Source: the human T2T-CHM13v2.0 reference genome, Homo sapiens. From it: a DNA stretch of 64,000 bases. The stretch is taken from the NCBI RefSeq assembly GCF_009914755.1, contig NC_060948.1. The stretch is one strand, 5' to 3'. A model generated the notes under the pieces. It did not search any database. It was not told the DNA's origin and worked only from the letters and a program-made list of their open reading frames with translations. The translations under genes and the position numbers were made by a program. This document shows, in pieces, positions 26,848 through 44,216 of this stretch (positions within the stretch are counted from its first letter, which is position 1; every line of letters begins with the position of its first letter).

Positions 26848-29800
26848 GAATTCATTGGAATGGAAGGGAATGTAGTGTAATGGACAGGCCTGGAATAAAG
26901 TGGAATGCTACGGTCTCGAATGGAATAAAAATGTATGGAATGGAATGCAATGAAACGGAATCGAATGTCATAGAATGTAATGGAATGCAACAAAATGGAA
27001 TCCAAAATCATTGACTGGAAAGGCTGGGTGACGAAAGGAATTGACTCCAATGGAATGGAATCGAATGGAATGGAAGAGAATAGAATCGAACTAAATCGAA
27101 TGGAATGGAATTGATAGGAACGGAATGGAAAGGAATGCAATCATTTGGCATGGAATGGAATCGAATGGCATCGAATGGAATGGAATGGAATGCAATGGAA
27201 TGGAATGTATTAGAATGTAATGAACTTTAATGGAATGTACTCGAATGGAATCGACTGGAATGGAATGTTCTGGAAGTGAATGGACTCCAATGGAATGGAT
27301 TCAAAAGGAATGGAATCGTACGGAATGGAATCTAATGGAATGGAATTAAATGGAAATGAATCAAACTGAATAGAACGGAATTGAATTGAATGGAATCGAA
27401 TGCAATGGAATCTAATGAAACGGAAAGGAAAGGAATGGAATGGAATGGAATGGGCTGGAATGGAAAGGAATCGAAACGAATGGAATGGAATCGAACTGAA
27501 GAGACTGGAATGGAATGCACTGGATGGAAGGGAGTGTAATGGAAGGTTCTCGAAAAAAATGGAATCGAATGGAATGGAATTGAATGGAACGGAATAGAGT
27601 CGAATGGAATTGAATGGAATGGAATGGACTAGAGTGAAATGGAATCGAACCACAAGGAATGGACAGGAATAGAATGGTCTCGAATTGAATGGAATCGTAT
27701 GGAATGGCATCAAACGGAATGGAATGGACAGCCACGGAATGGAATGCACTCGAATGCAATGGAGTCGAAACTAATGGACTGGAATAGAATGGACTCGACT
27801 GGTACGGACTCCAATGGAATGGAATCGAATGGAAGGGAATCGAACGGAATGGACTCGAAGGGAAAAGACTGCAATGGAAAGGTCTCGAATGGAATGGAAA
27901 TTAATGGAATGGAATGGAATCGAATGAAATGGAGTCAAAAGGAATGGAATCGAATGGCAAGAAATCGAATGTAATGGAATCGCAAGGAATTGATGTGAAC
28001 GGAACGGAATGGAATGGAATCCAAAGGAATGGAATAGAATGGAATGGAATCGAATGGAAAGGACTCGAATGGAAATCACTCGAATAGAATGCAATTTAAT
28101 AAAATAGGATCAAATGTAATGGAATGGAATGGAAAGGAATCGAAACGAAAGGAATGGAGACAGATGGAATGGAATGGAACAGAGAGCAATGGTATAGAAT
28201 GGAATGGAATCATCTGGAATGGAATTGAATGGAATGGAATAATATGAAATGGAATGGAATGGAATGGAATGGAATGCCCTTGAATTAAATGGACTGGAAT
28301 GGAATGGACTCGAACAGAGTGGAATGGAAAGTGTTGAGATAGAATGGAATGGACTCCTTTGGAATGCTGTAGTATGCAATGCAATCGACTGGCAGGGAAT
28401 CAAAAGGAATGTAATCGAATGGATTGGACTGGAATGCAATGGACTCGAATAGATTGGAAACGGAATGCAAAGGAATGGAATGGAATAGTATGGAATGGAA
28501 TGGAAAGGAATGGAGTGGAATAGACTAGAGTGGAATGGAATGGACTCGAAAGCAATGGACTGGAATGGAACTTTCTTGAATGGACTGGAATCAAACGGAA
28601 TGGAATGCAATGCAATCAAATGGCATGGAATAAAATAGAATGAAAGAGAATCAAATGGAATTGAATCGAATGGAATCGAATGGATTGGAAAGGAATAGAA
28701 TGGAATGGAATGGAATTGACTCAAATGGAATGGACTAGAATGGAATGGATTCGAATGGAAGGCAAAGGAATGGAATCTATTGGAATGGACTGTAATGGAA
28801 TGGAATGGAAGGGATTGGAATGGACTCGAATGGAATGGACTGCAATAGAAAGGATTCGAATGGAATGAAAAAGAATTGAATGGAATAGAACAGAATGGAA
28901 TCAAATCGAATGAAATGGAATGGAATAGAAAGGAATGGAATGAAATGGAATGGAAAGGATTCGAATGGAATGCAATCGAATGGAATGGAATCGAACGGAA
29001 TGGAATAAAATGGAAGAAAACTGGCAAGAAATGGAATCGAAATGAATGGAGTGTTATGGAACGGACTCAAAAGGAATTGAATGTAATAGAATGGAGTGGA
29101 GTGGACTCGAATATAATGGACTGGAATGGAATGAAATCACATGGAATGGGAACGAATGGAATGGAATGGAAAGGAATGGAATCGAATGGAAAGGAATCGA
29201 ATGGAAGGGAATGAAATTGAATCAACAGGAATGGAAGGGAATAGAATAGACGGTAATGGAATGGACTCGAATAGAATGGACACGAATGCTCAAATTGAAT
29301 GGACTCGAATGGAATGGAAACGAAAGGAATGTCATCGAATGGAATTGAATCGATTGGAATGAAATAGCATAGAATGGAGTGGAATCAAATGGAATTGAAT
29401 CGAAAGGAAAGGAAGCGAATGGACTGAAATGAAATGGAATGCAATTGAATGGAAAGTTATGTAATGGAATAGAATGGAACGAAATTTCACGGAATGCAAT
29501 CAAACTGAATGGAATCAAATCAATGGAATCAAATCAAATTGAATGGAAAGGAATTGAATGGAGTAGATTGGATTGGATGGGATTGGAATGAAATGTACTG
29601 GAAAGGACTCGAATTTCATGAAACGGAATGGAATGAATTGGAACGGAACGGACTCGAATGGAATGGAATGTCATGGAATGGCATCAAATGGAATGGCATC
29701 AAATGGAATGGAATCGAATGCAATGGAGTGCTATGGAATGGAATGGAATGCATTGGAATGGAATGTCCTCTAATGGAATGGATACGAGTGGAATGGAATC

Positions 29801-30400
29801 GAATATAATGGAGTCGAATGAAATGGAATTGAAAGGAATGGGATCGAATACAATGGAATATACTGGAATGTAATGTAATGAACTCGAATGTAATTGACTG
29901 GAATGGAATGTATATGAATGGAATGTAATTGAATGGAAAGTAATCCAATGGAATAGAATCTAATGCAATAAAATCGACTCAGATAGAGTAGAATGTAATG
30001 GAATGGAGTGCAGTGCAATGGAATGGAATGGAATGGAATGCAATGGAATGGAATGGAATGGAATGGAATGGAATGGGATGGAATGGTGTGGAATGGATAG
30101 TAATGGACTGGAGTGAAATGGACTGGAAAGGAATGGCCTCAAATTGAAAGGGCTCGAAAGGAATGGAGTCAAATGGAATGGTCTGGAATGGAATGAACAC
30201 GAATGTAATGCAATCCAATAGAATGGAATCGAATGGCATGGAATATAAAGAAATGGAATCGAAGAGAATGGAAACAAATGGAATGGAATTGAATGGAATG
30301 GAATTGAATGGAATGGGAACGAATGGAGTGAAATTGTATGCAGTAGAAGAGAATAGAATGGAATGCAAGCGAAAGGAAAGGAATGGATTGGAATGGAATG
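26848..30400 (+). repeat. DYZ1 unit (3553 bp)
   Basis: GAATTC at 26848 and 30401. Confidence 0.92.
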
Positions 30401-33400
30401 GAATTCATTGGAATGGAAGGGAATGTAGTGTAATGGACAGGCCTGGAATAAAGTGGAATGCTACGGTCTCGAATGGAATAAAAATGTATGGAATGGAATG
30501 CAATGAAACGGAATCGAATGTCATAGAATGTAATGGAATGCAAAAAAATGGAATCCAAAATCATTGACTGGAAAGGCTGGGTGTCGAAAGGAATTGTCTC
30601 CAATGGAATGGAATCGAATGGAATGGAAGTGAATAGAATCGAACTAAATCGAATGGAATGGAATTGATAGGAACGGAATGGAAAGGAATGCAATGATTTG
30701 GCATGGAATGCAATCGAATGGCATCGAATGGAATGGAATGGAATGCAATGGAATGGAATGTATTAGAATGTAATGAACTTTAATGGTATGTACTCGAATG
30801 GATTCGACTGGAATGGAATGTTCTGGAAGTGAATGGACTCCAATGGAATGGATTCAAAAGGAATGGAATCGTACGGAATGGAATCTAATGGAATGGAATT
30901 AAATGGAAATGAATCAAATTGAATAGCACGGAATTGAATTGAATGGAATCGAATGCAATGGAATCTAATGAAACGGAAAGGAAAGGAATGGAATGGAATG
31001 GAATGGGCTGGAATGGAAAGGAATCGAAACGAATGGAATGGAATCGAACTGAAGAGACTGGAATGGAATGCACTGGAATGGAAGGGAGTGTAATGGAAGG
31101 TTCTCGAAAAAAATGGAATGGAATGGAATGGAATTGAATGGAACGGAATAGAGTCGAATGGAATTGAATGGAATGGAATGGACTAGAGTGAAATGGAATC
31201 GAACCACAAGGAATGGACAGGAATAGAATGGTCTCGAATTGAATGGAATCGTATGGAATGGCATCAAACGGAATGGAATGGACAGCCACGGAATGGAATG
31301 CACTCGAATGCAATGGAGTCGAAACTAATGGACTGGAATAGAATGGACTCGACTGGTACGGACTCCAATGGAATGGAATCGAATGGAAGGGAATCGAACG
31401 GAATGGACTCGAAGGGAAAAGACTGCAATGGAGAGGTCTCGAATGGAATGGAAATTAATGGAATGGAATGGAATCGAATGAAATGGAGTCAAAAGGAATG
31501 GAATCGAATGGCAAGAAATCGAATGTAATGGAATCGCAAGGAATTGATGTGAACGGAACGGAATGGAATGGAATCCAAAGGAATGGAATAGAATGGAATG
31601 GAATCGAATGGAAAGGACTCGAATGGAAATCACTCGAATAGAATGCAATTTAATAAAATAGGATCAAATGTAATGGAATGGAATGGAAAGGAATCGAAAC
31701 GAAAGGAATGGAGACAGATGGAATGGAATGGAACAGAGAGCAATGGTATAGAATGGAATGGAATCATCTGGAATGGAATTGAATGGAATGGAATAACATG
31801 AAATGGACTGGAATGGAATGGAATGCCCTTGAATTAAATGGACTGGAATGGAATGGACTCGAACAGAGTGGAATGGAAAGTGTTGAAATATAATGGAATG
31901 GACTGGTTTGGAATGGTCTAGTATGCAATGCAATCGACTGGCAGGGAATCAAAAGGAATGTAATCGAATGGATTGGACTGGAATGCAATGGACTCGAATA
32001 GATTGGAAACGGAATGCAAAGGAATGGAATGGAATAGTATGGAATGGAATGGAAAGGAATGGAGTGGAATAGACTAGAGTGGAATGGAATGGACTCGAAA
32101 GCAATGGACTGGAATGGAACTTTCTTGAATGGACTGGAATCAAACGGAATGGAATGCAATGCAATCAAATGGCATGGAATAAAATAGAATGAAAGAGAAT
32201 CAAATGGAATTGAATCGAATGGAATCGAATGGATTGGAAAGGAATAGAATGGAATGGAATGGAATTGACTCAAATGGAATGGACTAGAATGGAATGGATT
32301 CGAATGGAAGGCAAAGGAATGGAATCTATTGGAATGGACTGTAATGGAATGGAATGGAAGGGATTGGAATGGACTCGAATGGAATGGACTGCAATAGAAA
32401 GGATTCGAATGGAATGAAAAAGAATTGAATGGAATAGAACAGAATGGAATCAAATCGAATGAAATGGAATGGAATAGAAAGGAATGGAATGAAATGGAAT
32501 GGAAAGGATTCGAATGGAATGCAATCGAATGGAATGGAATCGAACGGAATGGAATAAAATGGAAGAAAACTGGCAAGAAATGGAATCGAAATGAATGGAG
32601 TGTTATGGAACGGACTCAAAAGGAATTGAATGTAATAGAATGGAGTGGAGTGGACTCGAATATAATGGACTGGAATGGAATGAAATCACATGGAATGGGA
32701 ACGAATGGAATGGAATGGAAAGGAATGGAATCGAATGGAAAGGAATCGAATGGAAGGGAATGAAATTGAATCAACAGGAATGGAAGGGAATAGAATAGAC
32801 GGTAATGGAATGGACTCGAATAGAATGGACACGAATGCTCAAATTGAATGGACTCGAATGGAATGGAAACGAAAGGAATGTCATCGAATGGAATTGAATC
32901 GATTGGAATGAAATCGCATAGAATGGAGTGGAATCAAATGGAATTGAATCGAAAGGAAAGGAAGCGAATGGACTGAAATGAAATGGAATGGAATTGAATG
33001 GAAAGTAATGCAATGGAAAAGAATGGAACGAAATTTCACGGAATGGAATCAAACTGAATGGAATCAAATCAATGGAATCAAATCAAATGGAATGGAAAGG
33101 AATTGAATGGAGTAGATGGGATTGGATGGGATTGGAATGAAATGTACTGGAAAGGACTCGAATTTCATGAAACGGAATGGAATGAATTGGAACGGAATGG
33201 ACTCGAATGGAATGGAATGTCATGGAATGGCATCAAATGGAATGGCATCAAATGGAATGGAATCGAATGTAATGGAATGGAATGCATTGGAATGGAATGT
33301 CCTCTAATGGAATGGATTCGAGTGGAATGGAATCGAATATAATGGAGTCGAATGAAATGGAATTGAAAGGAATGGGATCGAATACAATGGAATATACTGG

Positions 33401-33494
33401 AATGTAATGTAATGAACTCGAATGTATTTGACTGGAATGGAATGTACATGAATGGAATGTAATCGAATGGAAAGTAATCCAATGGAATAGAATC
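30401..33494 (+). repeat. Terminal truncated DYZ1 unit (3094 bp)
   Basis: Ends at ...CCAATGGAATAGAATC; the other units continue TAATGCAATAAAA. Confidence 0.92.
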
Positions 33495-33530
33495 ATATAT
33501 GATATATAATATATGTATAATATTGTTTTA
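33490..33530. other. DYZ1/DYZ2 array junction
   Basis: Abrupt switch from GGAAT pentamers to ATATATGATATATAAT... after 33494, with no intervening unique sequence. Confidence 0.95.
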
Positions 33531-34221
33531 CATCCTGCATCTTATGTTATATATATTGTATAAAATATAATAATTGATTATATATACTTTTATAACATAA
33601 TTTACATAATATATCATAATATAATATATATTATATTATTTCATATTACATAATATATATTACATATCACCCAATATAAGTAACTTACATAATATTATAA
33701 TATAGATTATATTATGTTATATTAAATATCATATATATTATGTATCATATATTCTATAATATATATTATACATTATATAATATGTATGTTGTCTATTATG
33801 TGATATATATAACTATACATATAATTATATTATTATACGTATAACTAGATAAACATGTAATTCTACATATTTTCATTTATAATATATAGAATTATATAAT
33901 CATATATAATTATGTATATTCTATAAAAAATTATATCATTATATAAATTATAATATATAAAAATTATAATATGTACTACAAATATATATATTATATATCA
34001 TATATGATATAGTACCTTTGTTATATATCATAATACATATAAATGTGTATTATGTTATCTATAATTATATAATTTCATATATAAGTTGTATAATATGTAT
34101 TATATATTATATATGTTATGTAATATATATAGTATATATAAGATGACACAGGATAAATATTATATACTATGACATATAAGATATATGAGGTTATATGTTT
34201 CATATAAGGCATAGCACATAA

Positions 34222-34536
<315 letters not shown>

Positions 34537-35105
34537 AGATCCATAATTTTTAAATGAAAAAAAATTTCAAAGGTACTCTGCTTGGTACAATAATCAAATG
34601 TATAAACTGAGGAATAAAACATAACCATGAAACCTACTTATAACTGCATATGGAAAATACAAAGGATAATTTTTTAAATAACATATTGTTAAAGCCTTAA
34701 CTAGTAATTTGAAGAGTTGGCATTTGAAAGGCCAGTATGAATATACCTTCACAGCAGCAACACAGGTTCCCCATGAGAAAAAGCAAACTCAGGGAAAATA
34801 AAACCACAAAGGTTCAATCTCTTCTGACCTTTGAAAGACACAGCACAGACAGTGGTCCTTAGGACGAAGAGCAGGAGACCCCTAATTCCGTCACCATGGC
34901 GATAGGGCATAAACATTGCTGGGTAAGGGCACAATCCACATTGTGAGGTCCAACTGCTGCCAGGAAGACAGGAGTGCTTTTACATAGACCGAAAGGTCAT
35001 TGAAGGCTCAGAGTTTTGTTTCAAGAACTGAATCCCAAGCCCACACGTTATTAGGCTGCGCTTCTTAAAATAAGTTATGAGATGGGAAAAAGGGCACCCA
35101 CAAAC
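34537..35105. repeat. HSATI-like non-Alu segment of the DYZ2 unit (first copy; follows the Alu in every unit)
   Basis: ~570 bp of mixed-composition sequence between the Alu 5' end and the AT-rich tract. The HSATI name comes from known DYZ2 architecture; boundaries are approximate. Confidence 0.7.
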
Positions 35106-36956
<1,851 letters not shown>

Positions 36957-39084
36957 AGATCCATATTTTTTAAATGAAAAAAAATTTCAAAGGTACTCTG
37001 CTTGGTACAATAATCAAATGTATAAACTGAGGAATAAAACATAACCATGAAACCTACTTATAACTGCATATGGAAAATACAGAGGATAATTTTTTAAATA
37101 ACATATTTTGAAAGCCTTAACTAGTAATTTGAAGAGTTGGCATTTGAAAGGCCAGTATGAATATACCTTCAAAGCAGCAACACAGGTTCCCCATGAGAAA
37201 AAGCAAACTCAGGGAAAATAAAACCACAAAGGTTCAATCTCTTCTGACCTTTGAAAGACACAGCACAGACAGTGGTCCTTAGGACGAAGAGCAGGAGACC
37301 CCTAATTCCGTCACCATGGCGATAGGGCATAAACATTGCTGGGTGAGGGCACAATCCACATTGTGAAGTCCAAGTGCTGCCAGGAAGACAGGAGTGCTTT
37401 TACATAGACCGAAAGGTCATTGAAGGCTCAGAGTTTTGTTTCAAGAACTGAATCCCAAGCCCACAAGTTATTAGGCTGCGCGTCTTAAAACAAGTTATGA
37501 GATGGGAAAAAGGGCACCCACAAACATACTTATACATTATGTATATAATAATATACAGTATCATATATATAATATATATAACCTATGTATAATATTGTTT
37601 TACATCCTGCATCTTATGTTATATATATTGTATAAAATATAATAATTGATAATATATAAGTTTTATATTTATACAATATGACATATAGTATATATTATAA
37701 TTTATGACATATATAATATATGTTATATAGCATATATAGAATATATTATACGGTTAATATACGTATTAAATATAAATTATACATTATATATATTATATAT
37801 TATATATCTGTTATATATAATACCCATTATGCATAATATATATATTATGTCTATGATATATATAGTATAAAACAACATATAATAATATATAATTGTATAT
37901 ATAAAATGCGACATATAATATATATTATATTTTATGACATATGTAATATATATTATATATTATATATAATGCGTTGTATGTATAATACCTATATTAAATA
38001 TATATTACATGACTATGTTATTAATTACATGTCACATGTGTTACATATTATTTATTTTACATAGAATATACCAGTTACATACAATATAAAGTATGTTACC
38101 TATAATGTATAATTTATTACATGTAAAATAAAGAATGCAATATATTATGTATAATTTATAATATACAATATGTGGAATGTGATATATATAACATATAATA
38201 TATGATATATGATATAGAGTATATGATATATAACATACAGTATATGATACCTAATATATATGATATACAATATATATTTTATGATATGTATTCTATATGT
38301 TATATATTCTGTTATATATAACTGTTTGAAATTATATATAACTGTATAATATTTTAGGTAAATATGTAATATAATATATATAACTTTATAATATATTATA
38401 TATAACTATATATTATGTTATATATACTTTTATAACATAATTTACATAAAATATCATAAGATAATATATATTATATTATTTCATATTACATAATATATAT
38501 TACATATCACCCAATATAAGTAACATACATAATATTATAATATAGATTATATTATGTTATATTAAATATCATATATATCATGTATCATATATTCTATAAT
38601 ATATATTATACATTATATAATATGTATGTTGTCTATTATGTGATATATATAACTATATATATAATTATATTATTATACATATAACTAGATAAACATGTAA
38701 TTCTACATATTTTCATTTATAATATATAGAATTATATAATCATATATAATTATTTATATTCTATAAAAAATTATATCATTATATAAATTAGAATATATAA
38801 AAATTATAATATGTACTACAAACATATATATTATATATCATATATGATATAGTACCTTTGTTATATATCATAATACATATAAATGTGTATTATGTTATCT
38901 ATAATTATATAATTTCATATATAAGATGTATAATATGTATTATTTATTATATACGTTATGTAATATATATAGTATATATAAGCTGACACAGGATAAATAT
39001 TATATACTATGACATATAAAATATATGAGGTTATATGTTACATATAAGGCATAGCACCTAACATGTAATATATATCATATATAA

Positions 39085-39376
<292 letters not shown>

Positions 39377-41481
39377 AGATCCATATTTTTTAAATGAAAA
39401 AAAATTTCAAAGGTACTCTGCTTGGTACAATAATCAAATGTATAAACTGAGGAATAAAACATAACCATGAAACCTACTTATAACTGCATATGGAAAATAC
39501 AGAGGATAATTTTTTAAATAACATATTTTGAAAGCCTTAACTAGTAATTTGAAGAGTTGGCATTTGAAAGGCCAGTATGAATATACCTTCAAAGCAGCAA
39601 CACAGGTTCCCCATGAGAAAAAGCAAACTCAGGGAAAATAAAACCACAAAGGTTCAATCTCTTCTGACCTTTGAAAGACACAGCACAGACAGTGGTCCTT
39701 AGGACGAAGAGCAGGAGACCCCTAATTCCGTCACCATGGCGATAGGGCATAAACATTGCTGGGTGAGGGCACAATCCACCTTGTGAGGTCCAACTGCTGC
39801 CAGGAAGACAGGAGTGCTTTTACATAGACCGAAAGGTCATTGAAGGCTCAGAGTTTTGTTTCAAGAACTGAATCCCAAGCCCACACGTTATTAGGCTGCG
39901 CTTCTTAAAACAAGTTATGAGATGGGAAAAAGGGCACCCACAAACATACGTATACATTATGTATATAATAATATACAGTATCATATATATAATATATATA
40001 ACCTATGTATAATATTGTTTTACATCCTGCATCTTATGTTATATATATTGTTTAAAATATAATAATTGATAATATATAAGTTTTATATTTATTCAATATG
40101 ACATATAGTATATATTATAATTTATGACATATATAGTATATGTTATATAGCATATATAGAATATATTATACGGTTAATATACGTATTAAATATAAATTAT
40201 ACATTATATATATTATATATAATATATCTGTTATATATAATACCCATTATGCATAATATATATATTATGTCTATGATATATATAGTATAAAACAACATAT
40301 AATAATATATAATTGTATATATAAAATGCGACATATAATATATATTATATTTTATGACATATGTAATATATATTATATATTATATATAATGCGTTGTATG
40401 TATAATACCTATATTAAATATATATTACATGACTATGTTATTAATTACATGTCACATGTGTTATATATTATTTATTTTACATAGAATATACCGGTTACAT
40501 ACAATATATAGTATGTTACCTATAATGTATAATTTATTACATGTAAAATAAAGAATGCAATATATTATGTATAATTTATAATATACAATATGTGGAATGT
40601 GATATATATAACATATAATATATGATATGTGATATAGAGTATATGATATATAACATACAGTATATGATACCTAATATATATGATATACAATATATATTTT
40701 ATGATATGTATTCTATATGTTATATATTCTGTTATATATAACTGTTTGAAATTATATATAACTGTATAATATTTTAGGTAAATATGTAATATAATATATA
40801 TAACTTTATAATATATTATATATAACTAAATATTATGTTATATATACTTTTATAACATAATTTACATAAAATATCATAATATAATATATATTATATTATT
40901 TCATATTACATAATATATATTACATATCACCCAATATAAGTAACATACATAATATTATAATATAGATTATATTATGTTATATTAAATATCATATATATCA
41001 TGTATCATATATTCTATAATATATATTATACATTATATAATATGTATGTTGTCTATTATGTGATATATATAACTATATATATAATTATATTATTGTACAT
41101 ATAACTAGATAAACATGTAATTCTACATATTTTCATTTATAATATATAGAATTATATAATCATATATAATTATTTATATTCTATAAAAAATTATATCATT
41201 ATATAAATTAGAATATATAAAAATTATAATATGTACTACAAACATATATATTATATATCATATATGATATAGTACCTTTGTTATATATCATAATACATAT
41301 AAATGTGTATTATGTTATCTATAATTATATAATTTCATATATAAGATGTATAATATGTATTATTTATTATATACGTTATGTAATATATATAGTATATATA
41401 AGCTGACACAGGATAAATATTATATACTATGACATATAAAATATATGAGGTTATATGTTACATATAAGGCATAGCACATAA

Positions 41482-41796
<315 letters not shown>

Positions 41797-43924
41797 AGAT
41801 CCATATTTTTTAAATGAAAAAAAATTTCAAAGGTACTCTGCTTGGTACAATAATCAAATGTATAAACTGAGGAATAAAACATAACCATGAAACCTACTTA
41901 TAACTGCATATGGAAAATACAGAGGATAATTTTTTAAATAACATATTTTGAAAGCCTTAACTAGTAATTTGAAGAGTTGGCATTTGAAAGGCCAGTATGA
42001 ATATACCTTCAAAGCAGCAACACAGGTTCCCCATGAGAAAAAGCAAACTCAGGGAAAATAAAACCACAAAGGTTCAATCTCTTCTGACCTTTGAAAGACA
42101 CAGCACAGACAGTGGTCCTTAGGACGAAGAGCAGGAGACCCCTAATTCCGTCACCATGGCGATAGGGCATAAACATTGCTGGGTGAGGGCACAATCCACC
42201 TTGTGAGGTCCAACTGCTGCCAGGAAGACAGGAGTGCTTTTACATAGACCGAAAAGTCATTGAAGGCTCAGAGTTTTGTTTCAAGAACTGAATCCCAAGC
42301 CCACACGTTATTAGGCTGCGCTTCTTAAAACAAGTTATGAGATGGGAAAAAGGGCACCCACAAACATACGTATACATTATGTATATAATAATATACAGTA
42401 TCATATATATAATATATATAACCTATGTATAATATTGTTTTACATCCTGCATCTTATGTTATATATATTGCTTAAAATATAATAATTGATAATATATAAG
42501 TTTTATATTTATTCAATATGACATATAGTATATATTATAATTTATGACATATATAGTATATGTTATATATCATATATAGAATATATTATACGGTTAATAT
42601 ACGTATTAAATATAAATTATACATTATATATATTATATATAATATATCTGTTATATATAATACCCATTATGCATAATATATATATTATGTCTATGATATA
42701 TATAGTATAAAACAACATATAATAATATATAATTGTATATATAAAATGCGACATATAATATATATTATATTTTATGACATATGTAATATATATTATATAT
42801 TATATATAATGCGTTGTATGTATAATACCTATATTAAATATATATTACATGACTATGTTATTAATTACATATCACATGTGTTATATATTATTTATTTTAC
42901 ATAGAATATACCGGTTACATACAATATATAGTATGTTACCTATAATGTATAATTTATTACATTTAAAATAAAGAATGCAATATATTATGTATAATTTATA
43001 ATATACAATATGTGGAATGTGATATATATAACATATAATATATGATATGTGATATAGAGTATATGATATATAACATACAGTATATGATACCTAATATATA
43101 TGATATACAATATATATTTTATGATATGTATTCTATATGTTATATATTCTGTTATATATAACTGTTTGAAATTATATATAACTGTATAATATTTTAGGTA
43201 AATATGTAATATAATATATATAACTTTATAATATATTATATATAACTATATATTATGTTATATATACTTTTATAACATAATTTACATAAAATATCATAAG
43301 ATAATATATATTATATTATTTCATATTACATAATATATATTACATATCACCCAATATAAGTAACATACATAATATTATAATATAGATTATATTATGTTAT
43401 ATTAAATATCATATATATCATGTATCATATATTCTATAATATATATTATACATTATATAATATGTATGTTGTCTATTATGTGATATATATAACTATATAT
43501 ATAATTATATTATTATACATATAACTAGATAAACATGTAATTCTACATATTTTCATTTATAATATATAGAATTATATAATCATATATAATTATTTATATT
43601 CTATAAAAAATTATATCATTATATAAATTAGAATATATAAAAATTATAATATGTACTACAAACATATATATTATATATCATATATGATATAGTACCTTTG
43701 TTATATATCATAATACATATAAATGTGTATTATGTTATCTATAATTATATAATTTCATATATAAGATGTATAATATGTATTATTTATTATATACGTTATG
43801 TAATATATATAGTATATATAAGCTGACACAGGATAAATATTATATACTATGACATATAAAATATATGAGGTTATATGTTACATATAAGGCATAGCACATA
43901 ACATGTAATATATATCATATGTAA

Positions 43925-44216
<292 letters not shown>

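Larger units (their letters stand above)
1..33494 (+). repeat. DYZ1: Human satellite 3 array, DYZ1-type (HSat3A6), ~3.56-kb unit of diverged GGAAT pentamers; GGAAT strand on +
   Basis: Continuous GGAAT/CGAAT/GGACT pentamers. Unique landmarks recur about every 3.55 kb: GAATTC at 138, 3687, 7211, 10785, 14349, 19751, 23274, 26848, 30401, each followed ~39 bp later by GGACAGGCC. One EcoRI and one HaeIII site per ~3.56 kb, next to a 2.4-kb AT-rich Alu repeat, matches the established description of Yq12 DYZ1. Confidence 0.95.

Noticed and set aside
1-33494. Assignment to HSat2 or to an autosomal/acrocentric HSat3 array
   Set aside because: Long pure GGAAT runs, the ~3564-bp EcoRI/HaeIII period and direct adjacency to the 2.42-kb Alu-containing repeat fit Yq12 better. 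Not confirmed by alignment.
622-33496. Hundreds of ORFs (MEWNG-rich on +, HSIPF-rich on -, up to 305 aa)
   Set aside because: They are direct translations of GGAAT/ATTCC pentamers, which contain no stop codon in pure form. They overlap in all frames, open and close with unit-specific indels, and show no domain or gene structure.
34749-34934. 61-aa minus-strand ORF (MCPHPAMF...) present in all 13 DYZ2 units
   Set aside because: It is short, lies within the HSATI-like segment and appears to start at a non-ATG codon. Its retention is explained by near-identity of the units, and I recognise no protein family. Ribo-seq or proteomics would be needed to revive it.
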